Positions 18,535 through 29,224 of a DNA stretch of 64,000 bases are shown here, piece after piece (the stretch's first letter is position 1; the number at the start of each line of letters is the position of its first letter). The notes under the pieces were generated by a model. That model worked only from the letters and a program-made list of their open reading frames with translations. It had not been told where the DNA came from and made no database searches. This DNA is from a virus. The stretch spans positions 69,534-133,533 of the IMG/VR virus record IMGVR_UViG_3300034200_001185. One strand, written 5' to 3'. The position numbers and the translations under genes are program-made.

Positions 18535-19176
18535 ATGGATTTACGTGTAGTAAAACTTACAGATCTATTAACAGTGCACAAGTACGAATATACTGCACTA
18601 AGCACTCCGTCTATATCCGTAGTTGGACCAGATCTTTCGAAAGCAGATAAGGTAGTAATAAACGGAATGGAATCACCATCATTCGTTGTTCTTACCAAGA
18701 CAAAACTGATTGCGGAAATACCAGAGTCGGAAAGAACTAAGCAATTACAAGTAACCGTTTATTCTTATGACGCAGGTACTACTCGTAGAAATGCGCAGAT
18801 CTTTTTAGGACTTGATAAGAAGGTAGGTAAATCTACCGGACAATCATACGTTGTCCAAAAGTTTTTAAAGCTATTGCTTACAAAAGAAGGATCAAACGCT
18901 TTCAACGAAAACGAGGGTTGCGCATTTTATGAGTTAGAAGGATCTACGTCTCCAAAGGACGAGCTTATTATTGCTGCTTTAGTAAACAACGCCGTAAGCT
19001 CTGTTGAAACGTTTATACTTGAAAATCAAGGTAGTATAAAGGATCCCGCGTCCAGACTATTATCGGCAACTGTTTCTAATGTACAATGGGTAAAAGACGC
19101 ACAAACAATTAACGTATCAATTAATCTAGTCAACGAGGCTGGAGAATCGATAAACATAAATACCGGAGATAGATAA
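18535..19176 (+). CDS. baseplate wedge gp25-like protein with N-terminal IPT/Ig-like domain
   Basis: C-term GQSYVVQKFLKLLLTKEGSNAFNENEG...RLLSATVSNVQW...INVSINLVNEAG is gp25/GPW-like; precedes baseplate J. Confidence 0.65.
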   Translation: MDLRVVKLTDLLTVHKYEYTALSTPSISVVGPDLSKADKVVINGMESPSFVVLTKTKLIAEIPESERTKQLQVTVYSYDAGTTRRNAQIFLGLDKKVGKSTGQSYVVQKFLKLLLTKEGSNAFNENEGCAFYELEGSTSPKDELIIAALVNNAVSSVETFILENQGSIKDPASRLLSATVSNVQWVKDAQTINVSINLVNEAGESININTGDR

Positions 19177-22100
19177 TGGCAGACATTCAAGGAATACTAC
19201 GCGCAAGATTTCAATCATACGATCCCGATCTTGATATAAGCCCCGGAGGATTAATCGATACAGTCATTATTCAACCGGTTGTAAGAGCTTTATCGGTCGA
19301 TCCATTACTTACAGACACCAAGCAATTCTTACTACAGAAATTTATCGAGGCCTTTCCAAATGATCCCGTATCAGAAGGCGATGCGCTAAACGATGTTTTA
19401 ATAAATGCATTGTCGTTATTCTTAGACGCATACAGACTAGAATTAAATAGAATAAAAACCGCACAAAGCATTACTAACTACGATCAGATGTCAAATACCG
19501 AACTTGATCGCTTAGCTGCGAATTGGCTTGTTTACCGCAAACAAGGTAGCCGTAGTTTTGGTACTGTACGAGTTATTGTAAATAGACTTGCTCCAATATC
19601 CGTTACACAATCGATTGTATTTACGGCAAAGAATGGAAAAACATTTACACCAACGATTAGCTACACGGTACCTACTAATCAGCTTATGACCAACTCGATT
19701 GGATCAAATCAATATTTCATAGACATAGAAGTACGTGCGCAAACAACAGGCATAAACGGTAATATCGACGCATTACAAATTGATACGGCTTCAGGTATAC
19801 CATCGGTTGTGTCTGTTTATAACCAAAGTCAGTTTACCGGCGGTGCAGATAGCGATTCGAATGAGAATTTATCAAGTACGAGATTATTACAATCCGTAAC
19901 AGAGCGTAGTTTAGTTACAGCACGTGGTATTATTGCTAAACTAGACTCGTTGCCATCGGTTAAAAGATCACAAGTAGTAGGCTTTGGCGATTCGGAAATG
20001 AGACGAGATCAGGTATCTGTATCTGGGCTTGGGTCATTCATCGGAATGGGCGTAGCTTATTTCGAAGATAATTTAATTCTAATAAACTTAGGCGTAAAGA
20101 ATATATCGCTATCTATCGGAAATATCGTAGTAAATAATATCGGAGAACAATTTACAATCGATGAAATACTTGGTAGCGATAATAACGGAATGTTCTTAAA
20201 CGGTGGATCTACATTCGTAGTACGTATACTAGATAAGATCACAAACGCATACTGCTCAGATATATCCGTCTTTACAAAGGCGTCAGTAGATTTAAACGGA
20301 GAAAGATTTTATGGAAACACAAGTATAGGCGGTAGATCGGACGTGTATATTGATACATCGGATGATCAAGTATATACAACAAGTGTTCCATTAAATATAT
20401 CTCACTCAGATATTAGCGGAGTAGGCGTAGAGATAAACGATACTTACGTAGACGTAACAAACTCGCTAAGTATTAAAGCGAAAGATCTAAGAAATAAGTA
20501 CTTGATCATATCTGGCCCTAACTTAACATTCTCGGCTAAGATCTACGCATTTAAAATACATGATACATTCATTCGTATTTATTTAGACTTTGTAACAAAT
20601 CAGACGTTATCTGTGTCTAGCGCTGTGTGGTCAATTTGCGAAACAATATCAATACCGCTTACAGAATCATTTACAACCGTATACCCACTCGTAGAATCAG
20701 ACGATGATTTATTTGTTTACTTTAATCTAGGTGAAAGTAAGATTCGTACTACCGTTGACCTAAGACTTACTACGATTAAGGTAGGCGATTTTATTCATAT
20801 AGAAGAAGCTGATTTTTATGGCGATTATCAAATCACATCCATACAACAAAACGTGCTTACAATATCAATAAGCGTACCTGCTACATCGGGTAGACTTGCT
20901 GCTACAATTCGAAGATCTGTATCTAGCTTACCAATTCCAACTTCTTATGTAGAATCCGTTAAACAAAATAACGCATCGATTCCATATAACAAGCTACTCG
21001 GATTGCATACTGAATCAATTGGCGGAAGTAAAGTAAATGAGAGCGGAACAGGTTTCGTATCTGGCAGTTTATTCTACGCACTAAAAGAAGTATTAACAGG
21101 ACTTACAGACATTCGTACATCTTTAAAAGTAATGTCACCTTCGATTATATCCGAGTTTATACAAGAACAAATACCGCATGATATTACGATTGACGATAGC
21201 GTAAGTATATTGTCGTTCGGATCTGCAAAGAGTTTATACGCAGACGTAGTTCTTCCAAACGACATGCTCTTACCAAATACCAATAATATATTCATCGCAC
21301 TTGGAGACGTTACATCAAGTAATCTAAACGATGATTATCCTGTAATAGCAAATGACGGAGATATACTTACTATATTAAACGGAGAGAACGCTGGTAAGTA
21401 TGTGATTAATCAAGTATTTCAGGTAAAGATTCCGATTCTATCTAACAACATTACGAAAGAAGGTAACTTAGTTACAATCAAGCGTAGTAGAACACAAAGT
21501 TCCAGCGATAATAGAGCGTCTTGGAGACTTGTGTCGATTGTAAGAATTTATGGCACGTTTAAATCTAATATATTCTCGTCATTCGAAGAATCATTTAGGC
21601 TTACAGAACAGTCGTCTACCGAAGTATCTGGATATATATGGAAGCGTTATGTAATCCAAAATCTATCGCATATACTAACCGACCAAACAGGACTTATTCA
21701 ATACCCTTCGATTAGCCAACGTATTACGTCTAAGTTACAAGATTATCAAACAAGTATTGGACTAAATGTAAACAGCGATACCGTATCGCCTGTGGATACA
21801 TCTATACTTGTAAGCTCTCTTCGTAATTACGCAAACGTTAACTATGAAGTAGGATCCGCATCGGTTGGTAAGGCAAGTATTATTATGCAAGACGATGTAG
21901 CGGTAGAACTTGACGCTCCTACTTACACACCATATACAATGAATAACTTAGTAAGCGCTCTTGAAGGTAATGACTTTCAGCCGGATAACGATTTACCGAT
22001 ATTCACAGCGTCATTAAAAGATTCGGATCTATGTTTAAAACCAAACGTATTTACAAGCGTTCAGATTGACGTACCTGACGCAGATCCGTATGACACATCT

Positions 22101-24230
22101 ACTTGGGGATTCGGATTAGTAGGTACTCAAGTAGGCGTAACAGTAGATAAGAGCCAAACTATCATCAATCGGTTTGCAGAATCTAACGATGATCTTATTT
22201 TAGATTCGATTAGTATGTCTAAAGGCGTTGCAAATCCGTTTATGAATGATCGCCTGTGGGTATTACCAGAAGTGCATAAAGTAAATAAGTCGCAACCAAT
22301 TCTTACAAAGTCATTCGCAAAGTATGTACCTTGTGCGAAAGTTAGTGGAAATACGCCCGAAGGTTATGTAAGTTTAGCTGTCGTGCTATCTAACATAGCA
22401 AATAACTCGTATAAAAATTTTAAGGGAAAAACACAACGAGAGTTTTATGAATCGTTTAGCCAATCAAATATTACCTACGTGTTTTATGAAATTAGCGAAG
22501 GTCAATATGAATCTGTAGATTACGTATCAATCGCTAAGGGGAATAACGCAAACATAATCGCATATGCTTATGACGCTTATTTCTATAAGGTAGATTTCGA
22601 AACATCTGTTGGCGGACTTGGTATTGCGTCTTGTATATCTGGTAATAACGCATTAACTTACGAAAACCAATTCGATAGCATACAAGATGGAACATCGCTC
22701 TCTGGAATAGTTGGAAAGGTATTAAGAGTATCAAACGGATTAAATTCTGGATCTTACATTATTAACTCCGTTGATACTGAAACTCGTACCATGTTTTTAG
22801 ACCGTTCGCTTGATTTCTCAAGTATGCCGATTAGCAATAAAGGGTTGTGCGTGTACTCTAGCGAAAGCCAAGCAGAGCTTAGAATATATGGATCGGCAGG
22901 AACAAATATCACAAACACATCAGAAATATCCTATACAGGTAATTCGGATTTAGTAAGCGGTGTTGAATACGGAATTACTACTCGCTATATGCAGCAAGCA
23001 GACGTTGGCAGATATATTACTTTGTATAACCACGTATTGGATACAGTTTCTGGAATTATTCGAGAGAATATAGGCTCTTATGCAATCGAAAGCATCGAAA
23101 ACGTATATAGAAATAGCCCATACACCGGAAATCAAACAATCGCTTATCAAAAGATAACCGTAAATGTACCAAGTATAAACGTAATGTTTGGATCAAACGT
23201 GCCTGAGGTAATATCCTTACCGTTTATTCTTACCGATCAGCCTGCGGTAAATACAATTTCACAAGAGGACGGAAGCACAAGCATTTCGCCGATTGTGGCA
23301 TTTCAAATATTCGAGCCAAATAAGCGAGAGTATAGAATTGTAGGCGCGTCTGTTAGCGGATCTACAATGTATGTTAGTCAAAGTACATCCCCTCACGCTC
23401 CGTCTGAATCCACAGACTCGCTCTTTATTAAGCGAGAAGGTAGCAACATTAACTTTACGCTTGATAGAAACAATCCATTAATCAGCGTAAGGCCCGGAAA
23501 GATGATACTTAAAAACCATTCGCAAGACAGCTCTCTTTATACAAATTCGATTGATGTTCAAACGATTGGGAGTGGTATACTTTATAACTCTCTAAGCGAC
23601 AAGGTACTTACTTGCCATAATGAACGCATGCAAGGTCACTCATTTCGCGTGAATGATTCTGCAAAGTCATTTAGTACATACGAAGTTGCATACTTAGAAT
23701 GTACGCCGATTGTAAATGACGTGTCTGTACTAAATAGCACCGCTGAAATTACATCCTTCTCGTCTAAAACTATTACCACATCTCAAGGCATATTTAGTAA
23801 CTCACTTGATCGCGTAGTATGTTCGGACACAATTGCTAAGAGAATGCTTCCATGCTTTATAGGCGTAAATATTGAATATGTCGGCGGGCCTTCGGAAGAT
23901 ATTGTAGGTGAAAGACTCGTTAGAATTATAAACAATTGGTCAGAGTCGTCGATTTCTACATCCGCTCTAATTCGAGAAATACATAAATTAGGCGCAACTC
24001 GTGTTATTCTACCGATACATGTTTATTATGTGGTAGAAGATTTAGATCGCAAGAGACATTACCGAGTTATTAAGGACGTTCTTAGACTAGACGATAACTT
24101 GGAAATAAACGGAACACCTAGAATAGTATCTCGTAGCGTAGCAGCATACGGATCTACTAAACTTGGTGCTAGCGTAAAGGTAACTCGCGTATCACCTTAC
24201 TCAACACTCGGACAAGGAGGATCGATATGA
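19176..24230 (+). CDS. giant baseplate J/gp6-like wedge protein
   Basis: N-terminal ~270 aa carries Baseplate_J motifs (ELDRLAANWLVYRKQGSRSFGTVRV...IEVRAQTTGINGNI...VYNQSQFTGGADSDSNENL); 1684 aa in total. Confidence 0.75.
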   Translation: MADIQGILRARFQSYDPDLDISPGGLIDTVIIQPVVRALSVDPLLTDTKQFLLQKFIEAFPNDPVSEGDALNDVLINALSLFLDAYRLELNRIKTAQSITNYDQMSNTELDRLAANWLVYRKQGSRSFGTVRVIVNRLAPISVTQSIVFTAKNGKTFTPTISYTVPTNQLMTNSIGSNQYFIDIEVRAQTTGINGNIDALQIDTASGIPSVVSVYNQSQFTGGADSDSNENLSSTRLLQSVTERSLVTARGIIAKLDSLPSVKRSQVVGFGDSEMRRDQVSVSGLGSFIGMGVAYFEDNLILINLGVKNISLSIGNIVVNNIGEQFTIDEILGSDNNGMFLNGGSTFVVRILDKITNAYCSDISVFTKASVDLNGERFYGNTSIGGRSDVYIDTSDDQVYTTSVPLNISHSDISGVGVEINDTYVDVTNSLSIKAKDLRNKYLIISGPNLTFSAKIYAFKIHDTFIRIYLDFVTNQTLSVSSAVWSICETISIPLTESFTTVYPLVESDDDLFVYFNLGESKIRTTVDLRLTTIKVGDFIHIEEADFYGDYQITSIQQNVLTISISVPATSGRLAATIRRSVSSLPIPTSYVESVKQNNASIPYNKLLGLHTESIGGSKVNESGTGFVSGSLFYALKEVLTGLTDIRTSLKVMSPSIISEFIQEQIPHDITIDDSVSILSFGSAKSLYADVVLPNDMLLPNTNNIFIALGDVTSSNLNDDYPVIANDGDILTILNGENAGKYVINQVFQVKIPILSNNITKEGNLVTIKRSRTQSSSDNRASWRLVSIVRIYGTFKSNIFSSFEESFRLTEQSSTEVSGYIWKRYVIQNLSHILTDQTGLIQYPSISQRITSKLQDYQTSIGLNVNSDTVSPVDTSILVSSLRNYANVNYEVGSASVGKASIIMQDDVAVELDAPTYTPYTMNNLVSALEGNDFQPDNDLPIFTASLKDSDLCLKPNVFTSVQIDVPDADPYDTSTWGFGLVGTQVGVTVDKSQTIINRFAESNDDLILDSISMSKGVANPFMNDRLWVLPEVHKVNKSQPILTKSFAKYVPCAKVSGNTPEGYVSLAVVLSNIANNSYKNFKGKTQREFYESFSQSNITYVFYEISEGQYESVDYVSIAKGNNANIIAYAYDAYFYKVDFETSVGGLGIASCISGNNALTYENQFDSIQDGTSLSGIVGKVLRVSNGLNSGSYIINSVDTETRTMFLDRSLDFSSMPISNKGLCVYSSESQAELRIYGSAGTNITNTSEISYTGNSDLVSGVEYGITTRYMQQADVGRYITLYNHVLDTVSGIIRENIGSYAIESIENVYRNSPYTGNQTIAYQKITVNVPSINVMFGSNVPEVISLPFILTDQPAVNTISQEDGSTSISPIVAFQIFEPNKREYRIVGASVSGSTMYVSQSTSPHAPSESTDSLFIKREGSNINFTLDRNNPLISVRPGKMILKNHSQDSSLYTNSIDVQTIGSGILYNSLSDKVLTCHNERMQGHSFRVNDSAKSFSTYEVAYLECTPIVNDVSVLNSTAEITSFSSKTITTSQGIFSNSLDRVVCSDTIAKRMLPCFIGVNIEYVGGPSEDIVGERLVRIINNWSESSISTSALIREIHKLGATRVILPIHVYYVVEDLDRKRHYRVIKDVLRLDDNLEINGTPRIVSRSVAAYGSTKLGASVKVTRVSPYSTLGQGGSI

Positions 24231-25180
24231 GAAATCATAGCGGTGGATTTATTAACGAAGAGCATATATGGGATATCGGATCTCCTACTCGTGGTAGGGA
24301 CGGAGACAATGCAAGGGACGCAGCAAAGAAATATAATGACCATCGTCATAGCGCTATTCTATTTACGGATGCGGTAGATTTTGCTTATTGGATAAGCGAG
24401 TCACAACAACCTGTACTCGTTGGGCCAGATGGAACAGTAGAAGGCGGTATTATTACAAACAACCCAAACGCTGTAATTCGTAAGCACGGCGATTTAGCCT
24501 ACTTTCAAGGCATACTTTGGATGTATGACGGTCAAGGCGTAGTCCCTGTTGGACGTGGCGGTGTATCATTCGATACAGAAACACTCGAAGTGGTTTATTC
24601 TAGAAGTAGCGTAGAGTTTGCGTTTAATTCTTATAAAGTTTTATCGATGGGTGAATCTGTAGAAAACGCATCATCACAAAAGTTAGTAGGCACAGTAGTG
24701 ATCGATTATTCGGACTTTTCAGACGTAGGGTTAGGCGAGTATGCAGTAACTTTAGATATAGTAGGATCTATCGATCCATCGCAGTTATATGCGTCTACCT
24801 TGTACTCTGATATACAAAATGTATTCGATGAACAAGGCGATCTTCCGTTGTATGTAAAATTCATAACAACATTGCACACCATGAACGAAAATGGTAGATT
24901 TGTTGGTAGAGATGCACCGCTACAAGCAGACGCAATTCTAAACGCTTACTCTGATATTGGCGATGAGTCGATCGTTAAAATGCTAGACTTTATTCCAAAT
25001 ACGAAAGCTAAATACTCCTTGTACATCGAAAGACCAAGTACAGATGAGTTTTTAGCACGTTTTCCTCAGCTTGAGTTAAGTGGCGAGCAGATAATCGAGC
25101 TAGAACAAATCATTAGCACTAGCGAAGTACAGCTTTCAAAGGCTGCTATTCGAGTAACAACGATATTTACCGGAGCTTGA
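24227..25180 (+). CDS. T4 gp9/gp10-like N-terminal domain protein (baseplate-fibre connector)
   Basis: DIGSPTRGRDGDNARDAAKKYND resembles the gp9/10 motif NIG...DDGTGDxLRxGGxKINENF. Confidence 0.45.
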   Translation: MRNHSGGFINEEHIWDIGSPTRGRDGDNARDAAKKYNDHRHSAILFTDAVDFAYWISESQQPVLVGPDGTVEGGIITNNPNAVIRKHGDLAYFQGILWMYDGQGVVPVGRGGVSFDTETLEVVYSRSSVEFAFNSYKVLSMGESVENASSQKLVGTVVIDYSDFSDVGLGEYAVTLDIVGSIDPSQLYASTLYSDIQNVFDEQGDLPLYVKFITTLHTMNENGRFVGRDAPLQADAILNAYSDIGDESIVKMLDFIPNTKAKYSLYIERPSTDEFLARFPQLELSGEQIIELEQIISTSEVQLSKAAIRVTTIFTGA

Positions 25181-25181
25181 T

Positions 25182-25778
25182 ATGCCTTTTTTAGTTCGTG
25201 ATTACTCTGCGTCTGCTACAAAGTGGGTGTATTGGAAAGTAAGCGCAATACCAACTGCTTACCAAGAGTACCCAAGCGCATCTAATGTACCCGTTCAATC
25301 ACTTAGCGGTAAGTTAGACGTTATACAAGAGATTGTAGCTACAAGTGCGTCTGCGTCCTTGCCAGAGTCATCCGTATGGACAGTCGATGGATTGGACTTG
25401 TATCCAAGTTATGTAGTAGACGGTCATACAGGCGTATGGGCTGTCGAGATACGTAAACAAGAAATTAAGAATTATATCGGTGTCTTAGATGACGGATTAG
25501 ATACCGAGGTTGCGTATAATTCCTTGTTGTCTTATAAATTAGATGAAAACGGAAATATATCTAGCGAAACAACTTTTGACGGCCAAGTACAAGGTTTCTT
25601 AGACGACGAAGGTAATGTAGTATTTAAGAAACCAAGCGAGTATGATATACAAGAGGTAATAACATTATTACCATCCGATGCAGCCTTACCAAACACCTTC
25701 GTGGATATTCTACCTTCATCCGTGAATATGCCGGACTTATGTTGGCAAAAAACATCGGTAGACATTATTCTAAAGTAG
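25182..25778 (+). CDS. hypothetical structural protein
   Basis: 198 aa; GGAG RBS. Confidence 0.7.
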   Translation: MPFLVRDYSASATKWVYWKVSAIPTAYQEYPSASNVPVQSLSGKLDVIQEIVATSASASLPESSVWTVDGLDLYPSYVVDGHTGVWAVEIRKQEIKNYIGVLDDGLDTEVAYNSLLSYKLDENGNISSETTFDGQVQGFLDDEGNVVFKKPSEYDIQEVITLLPSDAALPNTFVDILPSSVNMPDLCWQKTSVDIILK

Positions 25779-25787
25779 GAGCAGTAA

Positions 25788-26309
25788 ATGGCGAATATCA
25801 TACCCGCACTATCAAATGATACGCTAGGCATTGGATCAGCCCCATGGAAAAGCGTTATCGCAAAACAAGTAAAGCTTACAAACGAAACATCAACACCATC
25901 TATTACAGAAAACGCATTGTACGTTATAAATAACGTACTTTATTTTAATGGATCTGTTGTAGGATCAAGCGTGTCATCAGCGTCTTGGAAAGCATACGAA
26001 CTAGCAGTAGAGTTTGAAACCGAAAGTATGTACGAAGTTTGGGTTTCAGGTGCGAGCATAGTTGCGCCTGCAAACGAAAACTATCCAGTACAAGCAAGAG
26101 TATTGTATAACGGCGTAGAAATTCTTCCTAGCAACCTTACATTCGAAGTTGGTACATACGGCGATTTGTTTAACATCGAGCCTGGTAGTATAACTGAAAT
26201 CGACCCATCCGAGCAAGGTACGAAGATAACAATTAACATCCCAGAAGAGGACGGACAAGCGTTTATATTTGAAGTAGGCGCATCTATCCTTGTATGGAAC
26301 AACGAATAG
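25788..26309 (+). CDS. fibre/decoration-associated protein
   Basis: 173 aa; N-terminal module shared with 29809..31593; AGGAG RBS. Confidence 0.6.
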   Translation: MANIIPALSNDTLGIGSAPWKSVIAKQVKLTNETSTPSITENALYVINNVLYFNGSVVGSSVSSASWKAYELAVEFETESMYEVWVSGASIVAPANENYPVQARVLYNGVEILPSNLTFEVGTYGDLFNIEPGSITEIDPSEQGTKITINIPEEDGQAFIFEVGASILVWNNE

Positions 26310-26318
26310 GAGTTAGCT

Positions 26319-27722
26319 ATGCTAATATCAGGTAAACAACTAAAGAACAGTTCGATCGGTCTCGATAAAATCGTTAATCTCGACGAAGGTAAGATTATTA
26401 TCGGTCAAGGTGGAGCAGCCGCATCCGCACAAGCTATCAGTGGCGATATTACACTTGCCGCGAATGGTGCAGTAGCACTCGGCGCTGTAGTAGACGGTAC
26501 TAAACTCGCTGCAAACTTCTTGCAAACCCAAGCTACTTATTCCGGCGTACTTCAAGCAGACGACGATAGGATTTCAAGCTCTTCGTTAGTAAAGAACTAC
26601 GTAGACAGCGCTATTGCCGCTATACCCGGTACCACTGTAGATTACGGTGCATTAGTAGCTACTAATTCAGTAGTTACTACTTTATTCACTGGCGACCTTA
26701 CTGATACGCTTCCATCTTCAGACGCAGTCAAAGCTTATGTAGATCAAAACATTCAAGGCTTGGATGTAAAAGAAGCGGTAAAGGTAACACTTACAGGCAA
26801 TTCGTTGGCCGGAGCGATTACATCGATTACTCTCGGCGTAATTGAGCTGTCAGCATCGTACCCAAACCTAATTAACGGTGTTTCAGTTTCTCTTACTGAC
26901 CGCGTTCTCGTAAATACACCAGAATCTTCCGACCAAAAGTATAATGGTATTTATACTGTGTCTACTTTATGGGAAGACGGCGTTTCCAACTTACGCTTAA
27001 CACGTGCTGCTGATGCGGATAACACACCAGGAACTGGCGAAGTATCAAATGGCATGTTCTGTGCCGTTCTTTATGGTACATATGCAGGTACTAGTTGGAT
27101 TTTACGCGTAGCAACTGCTGTAACACTAGATGAAACTGCGTTAACATTCGTTCAATTTGCTGGTGCTACACAACTAACAATAAAAACAGACGGCGGTTTA
27201 ACAAATAGCGGTAGCAACCAACTTGCAATCGATATTACTAACTTACAAGCATTTGCAGGCTCCGTGGCATTAACTACCGATCTATTGGTGATTAATGATG
27301 GCGCGGCGTCAGGCGGTGAACGTAAAATTACTGTAGCCGACCTTATTGCTGATGTCGGTGGAAATGGGTTAACTGTATCAACAAATGGTGTCATCGCTGT
27401 TGACGGTGCTATCGTGCAAACAGTTAGCTATAGCGATTCAACAACTTCTGGCAATGCTGCTAAGATTTCTTCCGTCGCATTCAGTAGCGCACCAAACGGT
27501 AATGTACAAGTATTTGTAAACGGTATCGCACAAAACGTGTCTTACTCTACATCTTCTGGAGATGGCGATTGCTTCTTTGCTGCATCTAGTGATACCGCAC
27601 AATCAAGCGCAAGAGCTTCCGGCTCAATTCTCGCAAGCGATGTCTTGTTCTGGAATGGTACAACCGCAGGCTTTAATATCGAATCAGGAGACGAGATCAA
27701 ACTCGTATATATGCCTAAATAA
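26319..27722 (+). CDS. fibre/head-decoration-type protein
   Basis: KAYVDQNIQGLDVKEAVKV...DRVLV...NGIYTV...LTRAADAD...VSNGMF...GT...W is a common phage fibre/decoration domain; AGGAG RBS. Confidence 0.65.
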   Translation: MLISGKQLKNSSIGLDKIVNLDEGKIIIGQGGAAASAQAISGDITLAANGAVALGAVVDGTKLAANFLQTQATYSGVLQADDDRISSSSLVKNYVDSAIAAIPGTTVDYGALVATNSVVTTLFTGDLTDTLPSSDAVKAYVDQNIQGLDVKEAVKVTLTGNSLAGAITSITLGVIELSASYPNLINGVSVSLTDRVLVNTPESSDQKYNGIYTVSTLWEDGVSNLRLTRAADADNTPGTGEVSNGMFCAVLYGTYAGTSWILRVATAVTLDETALTFVQFAGATQLTIKTDGGLTNSGSNQLAIDITNLQAFAGSVALTTDLLVINDGAASGGERKITVADLIADVGGNGLTVSTNGVIAVDGAIVQTVSYSDSTTSGNAAKISSVAFSSAPNGNVQVFVNGIAQNVSYSTSSGDGDCFFAASSDTAQSSARASGSILASDVLFWNGTTAGFNIESGDEIKLVYMPK

Positions 27723-28238
27723 TTAGTTGTGATAAATTATAATTGTTGAATTTCCTATATTAGTATCACCATTATCTCTGTACGTAGTAAGTTTACTAGC
27801 AGACGTAGTTTGTAATGTTTTGATTCGAAACTGAACGTTTATATCAGTTGCTGGTGCAGGTATAACACAGTACGCTTGATATTCTCTAATGCCTGAGTTC
27901 TTTAGACCACCTGATGCTAAGACATTGTTAGGATTTGTACATTTTTGCGTGAACCAAGAAGAATTTGTAGTATTGTAAAAACCAAATCTAAAGGTAGACG
28001 CTATACTAGCGTCTACATAAGTTGTCGGTGCAATAGTTCTATACGCAATACAAGTTACCAAGAAATAGTCTAATCCGGCTTTTAGTGTTATAGTATTAGA
28101 TGCGAGAGATACCTTATCCGTACTTCCAGATATACTACTAAGCGCAATAGGCGTTCCTACTGTAGTTATAGCTGAGTTATTATTAACTAATATCTGAGAG
28201 CATTTTAAATTTAAAGTCGATAGTGGAAAGTATGACAT
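27723..28238 (-). CDS. C1q/BclA-CTD-like beta-sandwich protein (inverted cassette)
   Basis: 171 aa, starts MSY; ITLKAGLDYFLV...FRFGFY pattern. Confidence 0.55.
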   Translation of the reverse strand: MSYFPLSTLNLKCSQILVNNNSAITTVGTPIALSSISGSTDKVSLASNTITLKAGLDYFLVTCIAYRTIAPTTYVDASIASTFRFGFYNTTNSSWFTQKCTNPNNVLASGGLKNSGIREYQAYCVIPAPATDINVQFRIKTLQTTSASKLTTYRDNGDTNIGNSTIIIYHN

Positions 28239-28241
28239 TTT

Positions 28242-28691
28242 TTAATCTTTCAATACGAAGTTTAGTGTAAATACTGATCTCGTTACAAGGGTTGGGTAGG
28301 CAGTTGACGTGCTAACCTTACCGGTAATTACACTAGGTACACCGGTCATTATGTTGTGATTATAGGATGATGTGGACTTAGAAAGGCTAGCGGTAGCTGT
28401 CCAATTTCCTGATAACTGGCTACAAGCTCTGCTTGGATTAGACGTATTGCTGCAATATAGTGCGGTATTTTCGGCAGCGGTACCAGAACCGGTACCGCGT
28501 ATAGATGCACCTAATACCCTTATTTCGTTATTATAAGTTGGCAAGGTCGCGCCATTACCGAATACGTGTGCGCCATTTTTGTGTACTTTCAGCGAAGATA
28601 TGCTGTAAGCCCCGCTAAGAGTTTGGGTTGTATCTGTATTTGATTGTGCAATATACGCACATAGATTTTTGGTACTTCCGGTATAACTCAT
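28242..28691 (-). CDS. beta-rich S/T-rich protein (inverted cassette)
   Basis: 149 aa, starts MSY; ATGA coupled. Confidence 0.6.
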   Translation of the reverse strand: MSYTGSTKNLCAYIAQSNTDTTQTLSGAYSISSLKVHKNGAHVFGNGATLPTYNNEIRVLGASIRGTGSGTAAENTALYCSNTSNPSRACSQLSGNWTATASLSKSTSSYNHNIMTGVPSVITGKVSTSTAYPTLVTRSVFTLNFVLKD

Positions 28692-29224
28692 CTATCAATC
28701 TCCCATATAAACAAAGAATGCGGATCTGCGTTTGAATCTCCTATGACTCTAAGCCCGAGTGACAAGGATGAGCTTAAATTATCCGCGTCCATTAAAAGGG
28801 TTAACACATCGCCACTTTGAGCTGAAAATGAAGCAACGCCTAATGTATTAGATGACCCGTTTGTATTTGACGCTGTTGCGCTTATAACATTACCTTCGGA
28901 AGAGAACTGACTGTCTATTGGTACACCATTAAGATACAACGTAAGTAGGATGTTATATGATCCCGGTGTTAAGCCTGTACTAACATTAACTACGTTAATA
29001 GTCGGGGCTACGTACACTATATAGTCCTTTGCCGATAAAGTAATGTCTCCATTCGAAACAGTTATGCCGATTCCGGCGGATGCGTTGATAGAGTCAAATA
29101 GGCACTTTTGATTAAGCGCTACGCCTGTAACTGCCGGCATAGTAATATCGGTCATATTAGAAGACAGATATACGTGAGCAAACTTTACTTTTTTAGCGTC
29201 AGGCGATTTTATCATATAACTCAT
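28688..29224 (-). CDS. C1q/BclA-CTD-like beta-sandwich protein (inverted cassette)
   Basis: From ATG 29224 (ATGA overlap), starts MSY; FAHVYL...CLFDSI...GDITLSAKDYIVY...LYLNG...SFSAQSGDVLTL. Confidence 0.6.
   Translation of the reverse strand: MSYMIKSPDAKKVKFAHVYLSSNMTDITMPAVTGVALNQKCLFDSINASAGIGITVSNGDITLSAKDYIVYVAPTINVVNVSTGLTPGSYNILLTLYLNGVPIDSQFSSEGNVISATASNTNGSSNTLGVASFSAQSGDVLTLLMDADNLSSSLSLGLRVIGDSNADPHSLFIWEIDR

Noticed and set aside
27729-27769. GTGATAA/TATCAC-like hits at 27729 (+) and 27756-27769
   Set aside because: Inside the 3' end of a CDS, with wrong spacing or a mismatch, and no gene start downstream in the matching orientation
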